From IMG/VR virus record IMGVR_UViG_3300027112_000001, positions 1 to 60,547 of that record: a stretch of 60,547 nucleotides of DNA; one strand, 5' to 3'. The notes under the pieces are model-generated. The model did not search any database, had not been told where the DNA came from, and was given only the letters and a program-made list of their open reading frames with translations. The stretch is from a virus. Taxonomy: Duplodnaviria > Caudoviricetes. Positions 1 to 8,210 of this stretch are shown one piece after another (the stretch's first letter is position 1; every line of letters starts with the position of its first letter). The position numbers and the translations under genes were made by a program.

Positions 1-99
1 CCTCGAACACGGAGGCCAGCTTGAGGCTCTTGGCCATACTCCGCCGCTTGTTACCTACCTTCAGCCGGAGCAGGTAGCTGTAGGCCATCACATTGGCCA
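1..99. repeat. Terminal direct repeat, copy 1 (circular contig overlap)
   Basis: Bases 1-99 (cctcgaacac...cattggcca) are identical to 60449-60547. Confidence 0.97.
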
Positions 100-319
100 A
101 CTCGTCGGTGGCTTTCTCCAGGAGCTCCTCGTCCGGGTCTTTCACCCGAGGCCCCGAGGCGAGCCACCTCTTGTTGCTGCGTGCCATATCGGCCGCTACC
201 CGCCACATCCTGGATGCCAGCAACCCGGACCGCCCCACCACTCGCTCGATGTCGCGAACTTGCAGTTTGGCGATAGCCCGCGTGGTTTGTCGCCTAGCCT
301 GAATAGTCGCCCGAGACAT
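1..319 (-). CDS. 5' part of MuF-like head morphogenesis protein (continues across the circular join to 59901)
   Basis: Manual translation: ATG at 319 with AGGAG just upstream. The frame is open (MSRATIQARRQTTRAIAKLQ...ELANV) and in frame with ORF 59901-60539 after removing the 99-bp overlap; ~288 aa total. Confidence 0.85.
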   Translation of the reverse strand, partial: MSRATIQARRQTTRAIAKLQVRDIERVVGRSGLLASRMWRVAADMARSNKRWLASGPRVKDPDEELLEKATDELANVMAYSYLLRLKVGNKRRSMAKSLKLASVFE

Positions 320-1334
320 ACGGCTCCTGATCAAAGGTGGTAGGTGACGCGAACACCGTCGGTATCGTTTGAGGTTTCAGCCCCTCGGCCAGTTTGATCC
401 GGCCACGAGCGATCTTCTTCAGCGTGTCTTCGGCTCGCGTCCTTTGATAGTGGAGACGATGCTGAATCGTGCCGTCCACCGGGTTGAAGTCCACGACGCC
501 ACGCGACTCGTACGCGTAGACGCCACTGAGTAACATTGCCGAGAACGCGATCTCCTTCGGCACTGACGTGAGCAGCGTAAGGTCCACATACGGACTGTTC
601 TCCAAGATCTCATCCACCCGCTGCTCGGCCAACGCGATCATCTCGTACAACCGCACCGCGTAGTCCACTGGCTCGTCCTTGTCGCTAACGGCGATCCACT
701 TGTGGAGGTTGTCCATGTTGTAGAACCGCCCGATCGCTTCGCTGTTCGTGTAGCGACCAAAGACCAACGCGGCAGACTTCACGTACTCCGTCGTACGAGG
801 CAAGTGGTAGGTAGTGTCGTTGTACAGCACCTCGACGTAGTACTGGTACTTGGTCACGTCCTCGGGAGCGATGAAGCCACGAGAGTAATGACCAATGCCA
901 GTCACGCCGAACGTGGACCCGTCGGCGAGCATAACCTCTTGGGTGTCCATCCGGATCACGCCGTACGTACTCGAAGGGTTTGACAGCGTGGGGATCTCGT
1001 CCGCGTTCACGAACTCGCCCTGGTCTAGCAAGGCGAACCGTAACGTGAACACCTCGACGGGATCTGGCGGATCGGACGACTCCTCCACCGTGTCCCGAGT
1101 GATGCGATACGTCTCGGTCTCGGAGACGATCTCAATGACGTACTCGTAGTCTACGTCCTCCTCGCTGTCGAACTCGTAGGTGTACAGTCCGCCGCCCTCC
1201 GACACCATATCAGTGCCGTCGGCGACGATGACTTCGAGCGTATCCTTGTTCCGCACCCCGTATGCCCCTAGGGCATCCGACAGCTTGACCGTCTCGGGGA
1301 GTGCGTCTGCAGTCCAGTTGAATGAAATCAGCAT
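294..1334 (-). CDS. Head-tail adaptor-like protein (Mu gp36/DUF1320-like C-terminus) with duplicated N-terminal beta-rich domain
   Basis: C-terminal 'MIALAEQRVDEIL...Y...P...L..Y.YESRG....AEDTLKKIARGRIKL' resembles gp36. Two N-terminal copies of 'LS..xxYGV..DT.EV..ADG....G.G.Y..F'. Adjacent to MuF. Confidence 0.6.
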   Translation of the reverse strand: MLISFNWTADALPETVKLSDALGAYGVRNKDTLEVIVADGTDMVSEGGGLYTYEFDSEEDVDYEYVIEIVSETETYRITRDTVEESSDPPDPVEVFTLRFALLDQGEFVNADEIPTLSNPSSTYGVIRMDTQEVMLADGSTFGVTGIGHYSRGFIAPEDVTKYQYYVEVLYNDTTYHLPRTTEYVKSAALVFGRYTNSEAIGRFYNMDNLHKWIAVSDKDEPVDYAVRLYEMIALAEQRVDEILENSPYVDLTLLTSVPKEIAFSAMLLSGVYAYESRGVVDFNPVDGTIQHRLHYQRTRAEDTLKKIARGRIKLAEGLKPQTIPTVFASPTTFDQEPYVSGDYSG

Positions 1335-1687
1335 TAGATGTCAATCGAGATGGGTCGTGGAGAGGTGATGTCGTCGATGCTGCGTTCGTCCTCGTTGATA
1401 GCGAAGTCCCGCAGTGCCTGCACTTGAGCATCGGTGAACGGAATGCTGAATGGCTTCGCCACCGCGTTGCCATCACCGTCGTCCCAGATGCAGACGCCAC
1501 GAAGCTCCGCATCGGAGATAGTCAGCTTCTTCATGTAGATGCCGTAGTCCTCGCCATCGAAGATCTTTACGACACTCGCGGTGGAACGAGCGATTAGCTC
1601 CGCCCCGTCCTCGTCGTACACAGTGACGCCCACCGTTCCGACACCATCGGCGATCGGGAGCATTGCTTCCGAGATGATCGTGCTCAT
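1334..1687 (-). CDS. Hypothetical protein, probably virion-associated
   Basis: Tightly coupled ORF in the late operon; acidic and beta-rich. Confidence 0.5.
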   Translation of the reverse strand: MSTIISEAMLPIADGVGTVGVTVYDEDGAELIARSTASVVKIFDGEDYGIYMKKLTISDAELRGVCIWDDGDGNAVAKPFSIPFTDAQVQALRDFAINEDERSIDDITSPRPISIDI

Positions 1688-1688
1688 G

Positions 1689-3671
1689 CTATCGTGACCT
1701 CACTGCTTTGTGAACTTTATCCATGATATCGAGTACTGAACCCGCTTCCGGATCGTCTTCCGGCGTGGCAAGCAGCGCTGCTTCGTTGCGAGCCTGAATC
1801 GCGTCAAGTGCTCCGGTCGTTAGCTCGACCGTCGCTCCGTTCCACACGCTCGACACCGCTGCCGCAACGTTCGTGTTGCCCGTTGTCGAGAGTGTGCGCG
1901 TGGCAGTGGCCCACACCGCTGTCGCAACCGCCGAAGCGCTCGCTCCATCCGTGAGTGTACGAGTAGCATTCCCCCACACCGCTGTTGCGTTCTCAGCTGC
2001 TGTTGGTGCTGAGCCGCCCGTCGTGATCTGATCCCACATGTCGGCCCGCAACGGATAGATCACGATCTTCGACGAGTCCGTCGGTGCTGTGCTGAACGCT
2101 GGCGAGACCGTGAGCGCCTTCGTCGTGCCGTTGTACGCCGTGATGACTCGCGTTTCCTTCGCTGCCGGCCCAGTGTAGACCGTCGCAACGTAGTCCTTGT
2201 AGAAGTCATTGACACTTGAGGGGCTGCCAGAACCGCCAAGAATGACATTCGTTGTCGTACCACCAGTCGTCACGCATAAGCCGTTGAATAGCCAGCTTCC
2301 TGTCTCGACTATGCTTTGCTCGTGGACGTCCGTCAGATTGTTGAGCGTTGCCGAGCTAATCGTCGAGTTATTCGTCCAGAACGATGAGAAGTTGGTTTGA
2401 TTGTACGCACCAGACATTGCGCTGCCGACGGTCGCATCTCCGACCCAATAAGTCAGATTCGATTGCGGAATGCCTTGCGGAAGAATGATGTAGGTCGAAG
2501 TGTTATCCGGAGCCGTTCGCCAGCTTCGGTTGACGTATGCCTTCTTCGTCGAGCTTCCAATGTAGTCGTAGATCGTGCGAGACTGCCCGGCTCCAGTCCC
2601 GCCTGTAATCACGACGAGCGCTTGATTGTAATAATCACTGACGGTAGACGGGCCAGACGATTGAAGAATGATCGTATTAAGCTCTTCGCCTTCGACAACC
2701 GACGAGCCTTGAGACGTGCCGCTGTTCAGTGTTGTCTCGCTGCCGCCACCAGCCGCAGTATCCAAGATAAGATCGAGCCGCCCGCCATTGGCCCAATCAG
2801 TTTGCAACTCGTTCGTGTCCGAGAGGATCGAATCGACAATCCCATCAATCGTATCGACGCTCGACTGCGAGGACCGTGCGTCGAGTATATTGTCCAATCG
2901 GCCACCGTTGGCCCAATCCGTTTGCAGTTCGTTCGTGTCCGCAAGTGCAGACGTAACTTTCGTATCGGTCGCCGGTCCAGCGTGTCGGCCAGGATACACC
3001 CGCCAAATGTCGTCCTCTACCACCGAGAGCGTGGCATCGAGCGTCACGATTCCATCGCCGCCATTCGAGATGATTGTCCGTGTGGCGATGTCGCCCAAGT
3101 CCGCGCGGGTAATGACCAACTCCATGCCGGTGAAGTCCGACTGAGCGTTCGCACCGTCGAGCGTGATCGTCGTGCCAGTGTCGCCGCCTGTGCCGAATTG
3201 ACCAGACTCTTGCACGTTCGCCGTTGCGATAACGCCACCCGCAGTCGTCCCGCTGATCTGCGCTGCATTCACTGGCAGATACCCGTCGCCTCGCCATGCG
3301 TCGTAGACTGTCGCGGGCAATACCGTGAACTCAACCCACACCTGCTGGAACGTCGCCGTGTGAACCGCCTTCACGATCAACCGCCCTGGCGTACTGGTGT
3401 CGGTCGTGCTGAGTGGTATTAGGTACCAGCCATCACCGTCGTCCGTCGGGTCCGTCGTGCTGTTGCGAGCCGCGAATGCTCCGTTGTCCTTCGAGACTTC
3501 AAGATAGCCTTCGAGCGTGTTGACGTTGATTGTCTCCGGCGTCTTGCCGTCGTCTGCATCCAAGAACGGACCTACTTGCACCGTAATCGCCGTATCTTCC
3601 TTGAGATACTGAGCACTTAGTGCCTGCGAGCTAATCGCCAAGAGAATCAGAATTGATCGAACGAACTTCAT
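1689..3671 (-). CDS. Fibre/appendage-like repeat protein with N-terminal signal peptide
   Basis: MKFVRSILILLAISSQALSA signal peptide; Thr/Gly-rich. Internal repeats DTNELQTDWANGGRLD x2, ATAVWxxATRTL x2, and a repeated 'SxVxDxY...R.I..Y.G.T' domain. Confidence 0.55.
   Translation of the reverse strand: MKFVRSILILLAISSQALSAQYLKEDTAITVQVGPFLDADDGKTPETINVNTLEGYLEVSKDNGAFAARNSTTDPTDDGDGWYLIPLSTTDTSTPGRLIVKAVHTATFQQVWVEFTVLPATVYDAWRGDGYLPVNAAQISGTTAGGVIATANVQESGQFGTGGDTGTTITLDGANAQSDFTGMELVITRADLGDIATRTIISNGGDGIVTLDATLSVVEDDIWRVYPGRHAGPATDTKVTSALADTNELQTDWANGGRLDNILDARSSQSSVDTIDGIVDSILSDTNELQTDWANGGRLDLILDTAAGGGSETTLNSGTSQGSSVVEGEELNTIILQSSGPSTVSDYYNQALVVITGGTGAGQSRTIYDYIGSSTKKAYVNRSWRTAPDNTSTYIILPQGIPQSNLTYWVGDATVGSAMSGAYNQTNFSSFWTNNSTISSATLNNLTDVHEQSIVETGSWLFNGLCVTTGGTTTNVILGGSGSPSSVNDFYKDYVATVYTGPAAKETRVITAYNGTTKALTVSPAFSTAPTDSSKIVIYPLRADMWDQITTGGSAPTAAENATAVWGNATRTLTDGASASAVATAVWATATRTLSTTGNTNVAAAVSSVWNGATVELTTGALDAIQARNEAALLATPEDDPEAGSVLDIMDKVHKAVRSR
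2772..2939 (-). repeat. Intragenic duplicated 16-codon unit (DTNELQTDWANGGRLD), 120 nt apart
   Basis: Near-identical DNA at ~2772-2819 and ~2892-2939. Confidence 0.85.
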
Positions 3672-4477
3672 TGTCGCCTCCGCTTCGATAGCAGTAGTGA
3701 GCGTGGGCCGTTGCCGCCTGCCGGTGCTGTCTCGTGCAACGAAATCCAGCCAGGGATTACGTCGCTCGATACGCCAAGAGTTGGGTTGAACGTTTGAGTG
3801 TTTGTGCCTGTGACTACTTTACGTTGATTGGCAACGGACATACCACCGGCACCGTTCGTGCCGGTGGATTCCGTCGTGTGAAGCGTAGACCAGCTGCCAT
3901 CACTGCTGTCACCATCCCCAGTGATAGTCTGATCCGCTCCACGCTCATTGAACAACACGCCTACCACGCAGTCGCCAGTCGGAATAGAACTAGTAGTAGT
4001 AGTTGGCGAAGCAGTTGCTGAGCCCGCTTCTGATGATCCGCCAACATACGAGAGCGTATATCCGCTTGTCGGGACGATCTCCACTAGCGTGGCCAGCGTC
4101 ATCGTGTTTGCTTGGCCATAGGTTATTGTTATCGTGTCGCCAGTATCGAGCCCGTTCGTCAGTGGGCTGGTGAATACTGCTCCCTCAACGCCTGCATCTG
4201 CGGCACCAGGATCATACAGCGGAGATAACCGTCTCGTCCATGTGTTACCATTCGTATCAGTGACAGTCCAGCTGGAATACGCAGTACCATTCGTATTGCT
4301 ATTGTCCGCCGAGATAACCAGCACACCCCATGAGCCAGTTGCGAAGTTGCCCGATGGCGTGATCGTCGCCGTCGTGGCCGATGTGTTCTCGTACAGCGTA
4401 CCGCGATCAGTAGTCGTGATCGCAGCTTGTGCTGACAAGCAGACCAGGCTCAGTAGTGCTGCGAGTAAGTATCTCAT
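3668..4477 (-). CDS. Thr/Gly-rich beta-sheet protein with signal peptide (fibre/adhesin-like)
   Basis: Likely start MRYLLAALLSLVCLSAQA at 4477, overlapping the upstream stop (ATGA). Confidence 0.55.
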   Translation of the reverse strand: MRYLLAALLSLVCLSAQAAITTTDRGTLYENTSATTATITPSGNFATGSWGVLVISADNSNTNGTAYSSWTVTDTNGNTWTRRLSPLYDPGAADAGVEGAVFTSPLTNGLDTGDTITITYGQANTMTLATLVEIVPTSGYTLSYVGGSSEAGSATASPTTTTSSIPTGDCVVGVLFNERGADQTITGDGDSSDGSWSTLHTTESTGTNGAGGMSVANQRKVVTGTNTQTFNPTLGVSSDVIPGWISLHETAPAGGNGPRSLLLSKRRRQ

Positions 4478-5544
4478 TCGGGATCCGGGTACTCGAAGTC
4501 CTCGCCCGCCCCTCCGACACGCTGCACGTTGATTGTGAACTCGGAGTCCTCGTTCAATATGGTAGGGTCGGGGAACGTGACGTCCTTCGACGAATAGCCA
4601 TGCACATTGACAACGCATGCCGCGTCCTCGTCGTCGCATCGCTCTACTATAGTTTCGTCAAAGTACGTCGTGTTATCGATGAAGATGAAAATGTCGTAAT
4701 GCCCGTAGTTGTAAGCAGCTTGCATCGCACCGACGATTGGGCAGAGAATCAATGCTTCCCATCTGCCAAGCGGCGTGACTTCCGCCTTCATGCGTCCGCC
4801 TTGCACGAAGTCGAACACCGCTTCACCCTTCGTTCCGCCGCCTGGATCAATCGTGATCGCTCGGAAGATCCACTCGACCGACTGCCGTTCCTCGACGACG
4901 ACCATCTTCTTAATCCAATGCATGAAGCAATCAGACACAGTGATGTGGTCGCAGTGGTTTACTCCCGGCGCGTAGAACACTCGATTTGCAACACCGAACA
5001 TGCAGCGGCTAATCTGAATGTTGCCGACCGGCCAGTCGCCGCCGTTCACTTGATAGAACTTCACTAGATCGCATGTCATATGCTCGACGCCTAGTTCGTC
5101 CGTGCCGAGTCCGCTGCCGCCAGGGACAGAGATACCTTCGATGCCGATGTCCTCCATCACGAATGCGCCCGAACGAACGTCTAGCACTGTCCCGCCTGGC
5201 GCTCCATTCCATATGAGGATTGTCACTGGCCTGTCGTCGCCCGTATCCCAATTGCCGTTGTTGCGTACTTGATCCGGCATTCCGTTACCGCGCAGGCTCC
5301 ACCCTGGGCTGTGCGAACCAATTACCATCGTCGATGAGACAAAGTACATGCCCGCCGGCAATCGCTTGCCCTTTCGCATCCACTCGACTATAGCCGGACC
5401 GTTATCAACGCTGGTGTTGTCCCGCACCAATGCGGGCACGGTCGTCGGAGCGATCAGCTCCAGATTGATAGCACCCATCGAAGCGATCAACGCACAAGCG
5501 AAGATCATCATCGCGGGGACGGCAAGATGTTTTGGTCGTTGCAT
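4474..5544 (-). CDS. Pectate-lyase-like beta-helix (tailspike/depolymerase-like) protein with hydrophobic N-terminus
   Basis: 'DNTSVDNGPAI...LPAGMYFVSS...SLRGNG' resembles the N-terminal cap of right-handed beta-helix proteins; start refined to MQRPKHL. Confidence 0.5.
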   Translation of the reverse strand: MQRPKHLAVPAMMIFACALIASMGAINLELIAPTTVPALVRDNTSVDNGPAIVEWMRKGKRLPAGMYFVSSTMVIGSHSPGWSLRGNGMPDQVRNNGNWDTGDDRPVTILIWNGAPGGTVLDVRSGAFVMEDIGIEGISVPGGSGLGTDELGVEHMTCDLVKFYQVNGGDWPVGNIQISRCMFGVANRVFYAPGVNHCDHITVSDCFMHWIKKMVVVEERQSVEWIFRAITIDPGGGTKGEAVFDFVQGGRMKAEVTPLGRWEALILCPIVGAMQAAYNYGHYDIFIFIDNTTYFDETIVERCDDEDAACVVNVHGYSSKDVTFPDPTILNEDSEFTINVQRVGGAGEDFEYPDPE

Positions 5545-5640
5545 GTTATCCTCTGTAAGCAAAACAGCGGCCCAAGCGCGGGGACACCTGAGCCGCTGCT
5601 CTTGCAATCAAGCCTTCGCAGCTTGACCTTCTCTTCGTAC

Positions 5641-6477
5641 CTAACGCTTAGCCGGTGGATCGTAGATCACACGGTTAGCGGTTCCAGTATCCTCGTACAC
5701 TATCACTAGCTGCAACCCTGCCCCCTCGCAGGCATCCTGCGCGTCGAGCAAGTTTTCTCCACCACATGCGTAGATCACTTCCTCCTCGTCGCCTTCCGGC
5801 TCCGGAGTAGGTAGTGGCTCGTCATCTGGGGATGGCACATCTGGACCAGGCGTCGGTTCAGGTAGTGGCTCCGGTTCCGGCTCGGGTGCCGGATCTGGTT
5901 TAGGCGTAGGCTGATCGCATATCAAGATTAGGCCCGCTCCGCTGGAGCCAGCTTTCTTCTTGAGGTACGAAGCCTTACCTACTGCTGACATCCAGTCCTC
6001 GCAGTTAGCTACTTCCCAGACGACCCGCTTGTGCGGACCGCGAGCTTGGTAGACGTCGATCTTGACGCCATTACGCTCATGGTTCGCTCGCACGTAGCCG
6101 CCGATCAGCTTACCTACGAATACGTTGAGCTCAGCTGGGTCGTCGGGCAGCGGCGAGACAGGTGGGCTCGGCTCTGGCGTAGGCACGTCATCGGGCTCGT
6201 CGGGTAGCGGAGCAGGGTCTGGCTGCGGTGCCGGTGCCGGCTCGTCCGGCGAGGGTTGCGGCACGTCATCCTCTTCGTCCCACGGCCACCAATTCTCGGC
6301 TGGGGCTGAAGCGAAACGCACTCGGGCTCTGGTACTGGTGGCTCCGCCATGACTACCATGGCTGCCCGCACTAGCGTGGGCTCGGTCTCTGAGCCTGCAC
6401 TTACCGATGGCTCCTTCCGCTGTGACCACTAGGGCCAAAGCAGAGATCATCGATACTGCTATGATGAATTTTCGCAC
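5641..6477 (-). CDS. Exported Pro-rich protein, possible degenerate PD-(D/E)XK-like domain
   Basis: Signal peptide, two P/E/D-rich linkers, and a 'KIDVY...WEV...W.SAVGKA.Y...AGLILI' core. Confidence 0.45.
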   Translation of the reverse strand: MRKFIIAVSMISALALVVTAEGAIGKCRLRDRAHASAGSHGSHGGATSTRARVRFASAPAENWWPWDEEDDVPQPSPDEPAPAPQPDPAPLPDEPDDVPTPEPSPPVSPLPDDPAELNVFVGKLIGGYVRANHERNGVKIDVYQARGPHKRVVWEVANCEDWMSAVGKASYLKKKAGSSGAGLILICDQPTPKPDPAPEPEPEPLPEPTPGPDVPSPDDEPLPTPEPEGDEEEVIYACGGENLLDAQDACEGAGLQLVIVYEDTGTANRVIYDPPAKR

Positions 6478-6515
6478 TGGAAAATCCTCGGGGTGTTTGT
6501 GGACGGGAACGGACG

Positions 6516-6758
6516 CTACTTCAACATCCCCTCGATCGCGTCGAGGACGGAGTTGAACGCAAACGCCAACATCGGGTTGATCTTCTCGAGGTGTGGCGTA
6601 GCGAACTCTTGCAGAGCGTTGATCGCTGCGACCAGAAGCTTCTTGAACGGCACTGGGATGTCCAGCGTTCCAAGATTCTCCAGACCCTTAACTAGGTCCT
6701 TGGCTTGAGTCTGCTCGTGCGAAGGCATTGCCTGCAAAATTCTCTCGGCTGCTTTCAT
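6516..6758 (-). CDS. Hypothetical helical protein
   Basis: Coupled to the upstream PAS gene; GGAGGTG RBS. Confidence 0.6.
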   Translation of the reverse strand: MKAAERILQAMPSHEQTQAKDLVKGLENLGTLDIPVPFKKLLVAAINALQEFATPHLEKINPMLAFAFNSVLDAIEGMLK

Positions 6759-7279
6759 TGGTGGATCACCTCCTTCGGTGGGTTAGTAAGGTCAAACTGA
6801 ACTACTCGACTCGGTGAATCTATGTTCGCTACTGCATATCGGCGGCCATCGAACGCACTTAGGATGCGAACGGAAATAGCCACTGCTTTCTTCTTGCCGT
6901 CCTTGCACAGGATGATGCAGTTAATCTTGGTCACCTTGCCGCTGGACTTAGGGTCGGCCATGGACTTCACGTAAACTTCCCTGTGCTTGGCGATCAATGC
7001 TCCGTCGTCCATTAACGCCTCAACGCCTATCTCCTTCATCTCTTCCAGCGTCCAGCCGGTCAACCGCTCCAACGCTTTGTTCCACTCTATGACCTCATGG
7101 TCCTCGTCCATGATGCAGAGGCCATAGTTCGTATCGTCTAAGACGCACGACACTATCCGATAAAACTCTCGCTGCCTGACCCCTTCGACGTGCGACATGT
7201 AGGCTCCAAGCAGAGCCAAGATGCACGCCCCGCTCATCGCTACAAACGCCGCCACGCCTCTAATCTTTTGGGGGATCAT
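6755..7279 (-). CDS. Membrane-anchored PAS-domain protein
   Basis: One TM helix, then the PAS signature 'LCIMDEDHEVIEWNKALERLTGWTLEEM...CKDGKK..V.IS'; start refined to MIPQKIRG. Confidence 0.75.
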   Translation of the reverse strand: MIPQKIRGVAAFVAMSGACILALLGAYMSHVEGVRQREFYRIVSCVLDDTNYGLCIMDEDHEVIEWNKALERLTGWTLEEMKEIGVEALMDDGALIAKHREVYVKSMADPKSSGKVTKINCIILCKDGKKKAVAISVRILSAFDGRRYAVANIDSPSRVVQFDLTNPPKEVIHQ

Positions 7280-7574
7280 TGCTGTCACTGATGGCCAATA
7301 TTCTTCTAACGAGGTTAGTAATATCCCGCATCTTGATCGCACGGACACCCACCAGCATGCCGCAGGCGACGACCTTCCAGGGATTGTTCTTTCCTCCCAA
7401 GTATTCATACCCTACCATGCCGAGACCTGAGCCCAATCCCCCGTATAGTAATATGGTGCCGATGATCGTTCTGAACCGCAGTGGCTTGTCTTCCAGCAAG
7501 ACCACGGCTAGCCCACTCAACGCGGCTGCTATGTAAGTAACCGCGAATGTTAATTCCGGCGACCATTCCATCAC
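7260..7574 (-). CDS. Holin-like membrane protein (3 TM)
   Basis: 104 aa, three hydrophobic segments, charged C-terminus. Confidence 0.55.
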   Translation of the reverse strand: MMEWSPELTFAVTYIAAALSGLAVVLLEDKPLRFRTIIGTILLYGGLGSGLGMVGYEYLGGKNNPWKVVACGMLVGVRAIKMRDITNLVRRILAISDSNDPPKD

Positions 7575-7913
7575 TCACTCTAGGGCTGATCTGTTGTAGG
7601 TCCAGCTATCCCACAGATAGTCAAGCAACTTGCCAATAATCCATCCGGCCAAGATCATCAAGATCAAGCTAAGCGTAATGAACCCTTTGACCTCCGGATC
7701 CTTGCTCACTTCGTGGACCAACCAACTTCGATCCTTGGCGTAGTCCTTGCCACCACCCACCACATAATCAGTCAGTTTCTCTTCTGCCACGGACACCATG
7801 GTCCGGCGTTCTGTTGGCGTCGTCGCCCGAGCTACTAGCCAGTCTTGGTCTAGCTTATCGCAGATCGCCGCTCGCTGGTTATCCGTTATGATTTTCACCA
7901 ACCCACCCCGCAA
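7575..7913 (-). CDS. Hypothetical protein with C-terminal TM helix
   Basis: FITLSLILMILAGWIIG hydrophobic segment. Confidence 0.55.
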   Translation of the reverse strand: MRGGLVKIITDNQRAAICDKLDQDWLVARATTPTERRTMVSVAEEKLTDYVVGGGKDYAKDRSWLVHEVSKDPEVKGFITLSLILMILAGWIIGKLLDYLWDSWTYNRSALE

Positions 7914-8200
7914 CTGAACCTAATGCCGAGCGAGGGTCCGTAGGAGTAAACTGGTTGGGAGTAGTACACAGACTGCGAGTAGTAGACCGGCTGCGAGTAG
8001 TACACAGGTTGCGAATACACAGGCTGCGAGTAGTAAACAGACTGTGAGTACGCAGGTTGTGAATAGTACGTCGATTGGGAATAGTAAGGCTGCGAGTACG
8101 TAGCTCCTCCGCCGCACCCTCCCGGACCGCACTGCGCGTAGCCCACGCTCGCCATGAAAGCCAACACCAACGCCACCGCTAATAGACATGCGAACCTCAT
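7895..8200 (-). CDS. Exported small protein with nine YSQ[P/S] repeats
   Basis: GGAGGTG RBS; signal peptide MRFACLLAVALVLAFMASVGYA, then QCGPGGC and Tyr/Ser/Gln repeats. Confidence 0.7.
   Translation of the reverse strand: MRFACLLAVALVLAFMASVGYAQCGPGGCGGGATYSQPYYSQSTYYSQPAYSQSVYYSQPVYSQPVYYSQPVYYSQSVYYSQPVYSYGPSLGIRFSCGVGW
7947..8100 (-). repeat. Degenerate 15-18 nt tandem repeat encoding (Y)YSQPV
   Basis: Repeated gctgcgagtagta-like units on the + strand. Confidence 0.8.
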
Positions 8201-8210
8201 GATCACCTCC

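Noticed and set aside
1-99. 99-bp repeat as a biological terminal repeat or att site
   Set aside because: It lies mid-gene in MuF and equals a common assembler k-mer length; best explained as circular overlap.
7947-8100. Short tandem repeats as a mini-CRISPR
   Set aside because: No unique spacers; they encode a YSQP peptide repeat.
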